From Spirochaetia bacterium (GTDB lineage: Bacteria; Spirochaetota; Spirochaetia; CADAEX01), in NCBI GenBank assembly GCA_963662795.1, contig OY759746.1, positions 2,080,001 through 2,144,000 on the forward strand: a stretch of DNA of 64,000 bases, read 5' to 3'. This document shows positions 62,527-64,000 of this stretch, in pieces. The notes beneath the pieces are model-generated. The model saw only the letters and a list, made by a program, of their open reading frames with translations, was not told the DNA's origin and searched no databases. Positions within the stretch are counted from its first letter, which is position 1. The number at the start of each line of letters is the position of its first letter. The translations under genes were made by a program, and so were the position numbers.

Positions 62527-62698
62527 ATATAACAGAGGATAATTCGCTACGCTCGGAGTACCTCGCTTGGGCTTCGCCATATTTTGCTTTCAAACAAACA
62601 GAAGAATATTATTTTTATTCTTTTCAAGTTTTAAAAAAAAGACAAATGAGAATTATAGTTTTAGATGCAAAACATCTTTTACCCGCGGAACGTTCTCC
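62527..62698 (+). repeat. Outer attC-like site 37, chimeric family B left arm / family E right arm
   Basis: ATATAAC-AGAGGATAATTCG...CTTTTACCCGCGGAAC-GTTCTCC; unit ~62477-62748. Confidence 0.82.
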
Positions 62699-62860
62699 GA
62701 AATACCGCCCTAAGAGAACATCGCCCGGACCTTCGGCCGACGGGCGAGAGAATTGTATAAAAAAATATACACATAAAATATTAGTTTTTAAAAAGATCAA
62801 ACATGACTTGTTAAACAAATAATGTTATAATTTAAGTACTTTATAGCCAAGAAGGTATTT

Positions 62861-63496
62861 ATGGAAGTCGATCCTTTGAGCTGGAAAAAATACATTCCCG
62901 AAGATGTTTCTGAAAAATATGAAATACATGATTATAAACATGCAGCAGCTATACTCTTTAATGAATTTAAACAGCAGTTTGATGAAATAATACACGTTCT
63001 GAGACAATTTTATTTAACAAGGGAAGATATAACAGCACGTGGAGGAAATGAAAGCACTATTCCTAAAAAATTTTCTGAGATATTAAGACCTATGGGTTGG
63101 GAGGAAAAACAGCTTCATGCAAAGCTTATTGTTGATGAGCGGGAAATAAGCCATGATACTCATTGGGTAGATTACATAAAAGGGAGAATAGCCTTTGATC
63201 TTGAATGGAATTCGAAGGATCAAACCTATGATAGAGATTTATACGCATTTAAATCTTTTTTTGATTATGATAAAATTAGTTTAGCAATATTAGTGACAAG
63301 AAGTACGGATTTGAATCCATATTTTGAAGGATTAGGTACTTATATTGATGAAAATGGCAAATCAAGAAAATATAAGGACAAATATGGGGCAAGTACAACA
63401 CAAATGGGAAAATTAATACCGAGGATTGAATCAGGTAGAAATGGTGGTTGTCCTATTCTTGTATTTGGTATAACCAGAAAAGTAATAAAGGATTAA
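62861..63496 (+). CDS. BglII/BstYI-like type II restriction endonuclease
   Basis: RGGNES..., THWVDYIKGRIAFDLEWNSKD..YDRDL, GGCPILVFGI. Confidence 0.8.
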   Translation: MEVDPLSWKKYIPEDVSEKYEIHDYKHAAAILFNEFKQQFDEIIHVLRQFYLTREDITARGGNESTIPKKFSEILRPMGWEEKQLHAKLIVDEREISHDTHWVDYIKGRIAFDLEWNSKDQTYDRDLYAFKSFFDYDKISLAILVTRSTDLNPYFEGLGTYIDENGKSRKYKDKYGASTTQMGKLIPRIESGRNGGCPILVFGITRKVIKD

Positions 63497-63498
63497 TC

Positions 63499-64000
63499 GT
63501 GATAGATAAGTATGATTCAATTGTTGATTTTAAAGAAAAACTTTCAGATAGAAAATTTTATACAATTTTGGCTGATCCTCCATGGCAATTTCAGAATAGA
63601 ACTGGAAAAATGGCTCCAGAACATAAACGATTAAATAGATATTCGACAATGGATTTACAAGAAATAAAATCTCTTCCAGTTAATGAAATATCTATGGATA
63701 CAGCACATTTATATTTGTGGGTTCCTAATGCTTTAATGCCAAATGGCCTTGAAGTATTACGAGCGTGGGGGTTTGAATATAAATCTAATCTAATCTGGTA
63801 TAAAATTAGAAAGGATGGTGGTCCTGATAGAAGGGGAGTAGGGTTTTATTTTAGAAATGTTACTGAAATGATTCTTTTCGGAGTTAAAGGAAAAAAGGTG
63901 CGAACACTTGATCCAGGAAGAAGCCAAGAAAATATAATTGTCTCACAAAAACGTGAGCATAGCAGAAAACCAGATGAACAATATTCATTAATTGAATCTT
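63499..64000 (+). CDS. MT-A70 family adenine methyltransferase (runs off window)
   Basis: GTG start; TILADPPWQF...HLYLWVPNAL...GVGFYFRNVTE...REHSRKP. Confidence 0.88.
   Translation, partial: MIDKYDSIVDFKEKLSDRKFYTILADPPWQFQNRTGKMAPEHKRLNRYSTMDLQEIKSLPVNEISMDTAHLYLWVPNALMPNGLEVLRAWGFEYKSNLIWYKIRKDGGPDRRGVGFYFRNVTEMILFGVKGKKVRTLDPGRSQENIIVSQKREHSRKPDEQYSLIES

Larger units (their letters stand above)
427..62698 (+). mobile_element. Large integron-type gene cassette array (37 outer attC-like sites, 36 complete cassettes; continues beyond both window ends; no integrase in window)
   Basis: Recurrent imperfect palindromes bounded by ...YAAC and GTT... every 0.9-4 kb, separating unrelated co-oriented + strand genes; TA- and defence-rich cargo typical of sedentary chromosomal integrons. 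Confidence 0.93.

Noticed and set aside
374-62748. CRISPR array interpretation of the recurring repeats
   Set aside because: Units are ~300 bp and divergent, the intervening DNA is 0.7-4 kb of whole genes, and no cas genes are present.
1-64000. Integron integrase, reverse transcriptase or group II intron
   Set aside because: No tyrosine-recombinase or RT motifs in any ORF. The catalytic partner must lie outside the window, so mechanism claims remain inference.
1-64000. Taxonomic assignment (spirochaete-like impression from AT content and repeat style)
   Set aside because: No core marker gene is in the window and the cargo is horizontally acquired.

Overview
AT-rich bacterial DNA that is entirely an interior segment of a very large integron-type gene-cassette array. 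No integrase, rRNA or tRNA gene is in the window. I count 37 long (154-193 bp) attC-like cores (R'' ...YAAC to R' GTT...), separating 36 complete cassettes plus two partial ones. All cargo genes are on the + strand: 11 type II toxin-antitoxin pairs, many defence-like genes (AIPR, Mrr, RloC-like ABC-HEPN, HEPN proteins, helicase-nuclease, DUF6602, BglII-like REase + MT-A70 MTase, Fic) and small metabolic genes. Six IS copies (2 IS3-family, 2 IS4-family, 2 IS30) interrupt the array. Three things depart from a textbook integron. (1) The first ~20-40 nt of each cassette is the reverse complement of the last ~20-40 nt of the same cassette (35 of 36 complete cassettes, about 18 different 'barcodes'), with extra hairpins next to these ends. 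(2) The outer att cores have an atypical 5/9-nt R-L spacing, come in modular families and appear exchangeable between copies of the same cassette. (3) Six cassettes are 'carriers' with a conserved attI-like landing site (TAGTTTTCTAGTTATTTAATAT-GTT) holding a second cassette with a canonical short attC, i.e. cassettes nested inside cassettes, all with defence- or toxin-like cargo. Coordinates were counted by hand and may be off by a few bases. Protein family calls are from motif recognition, not database searches.
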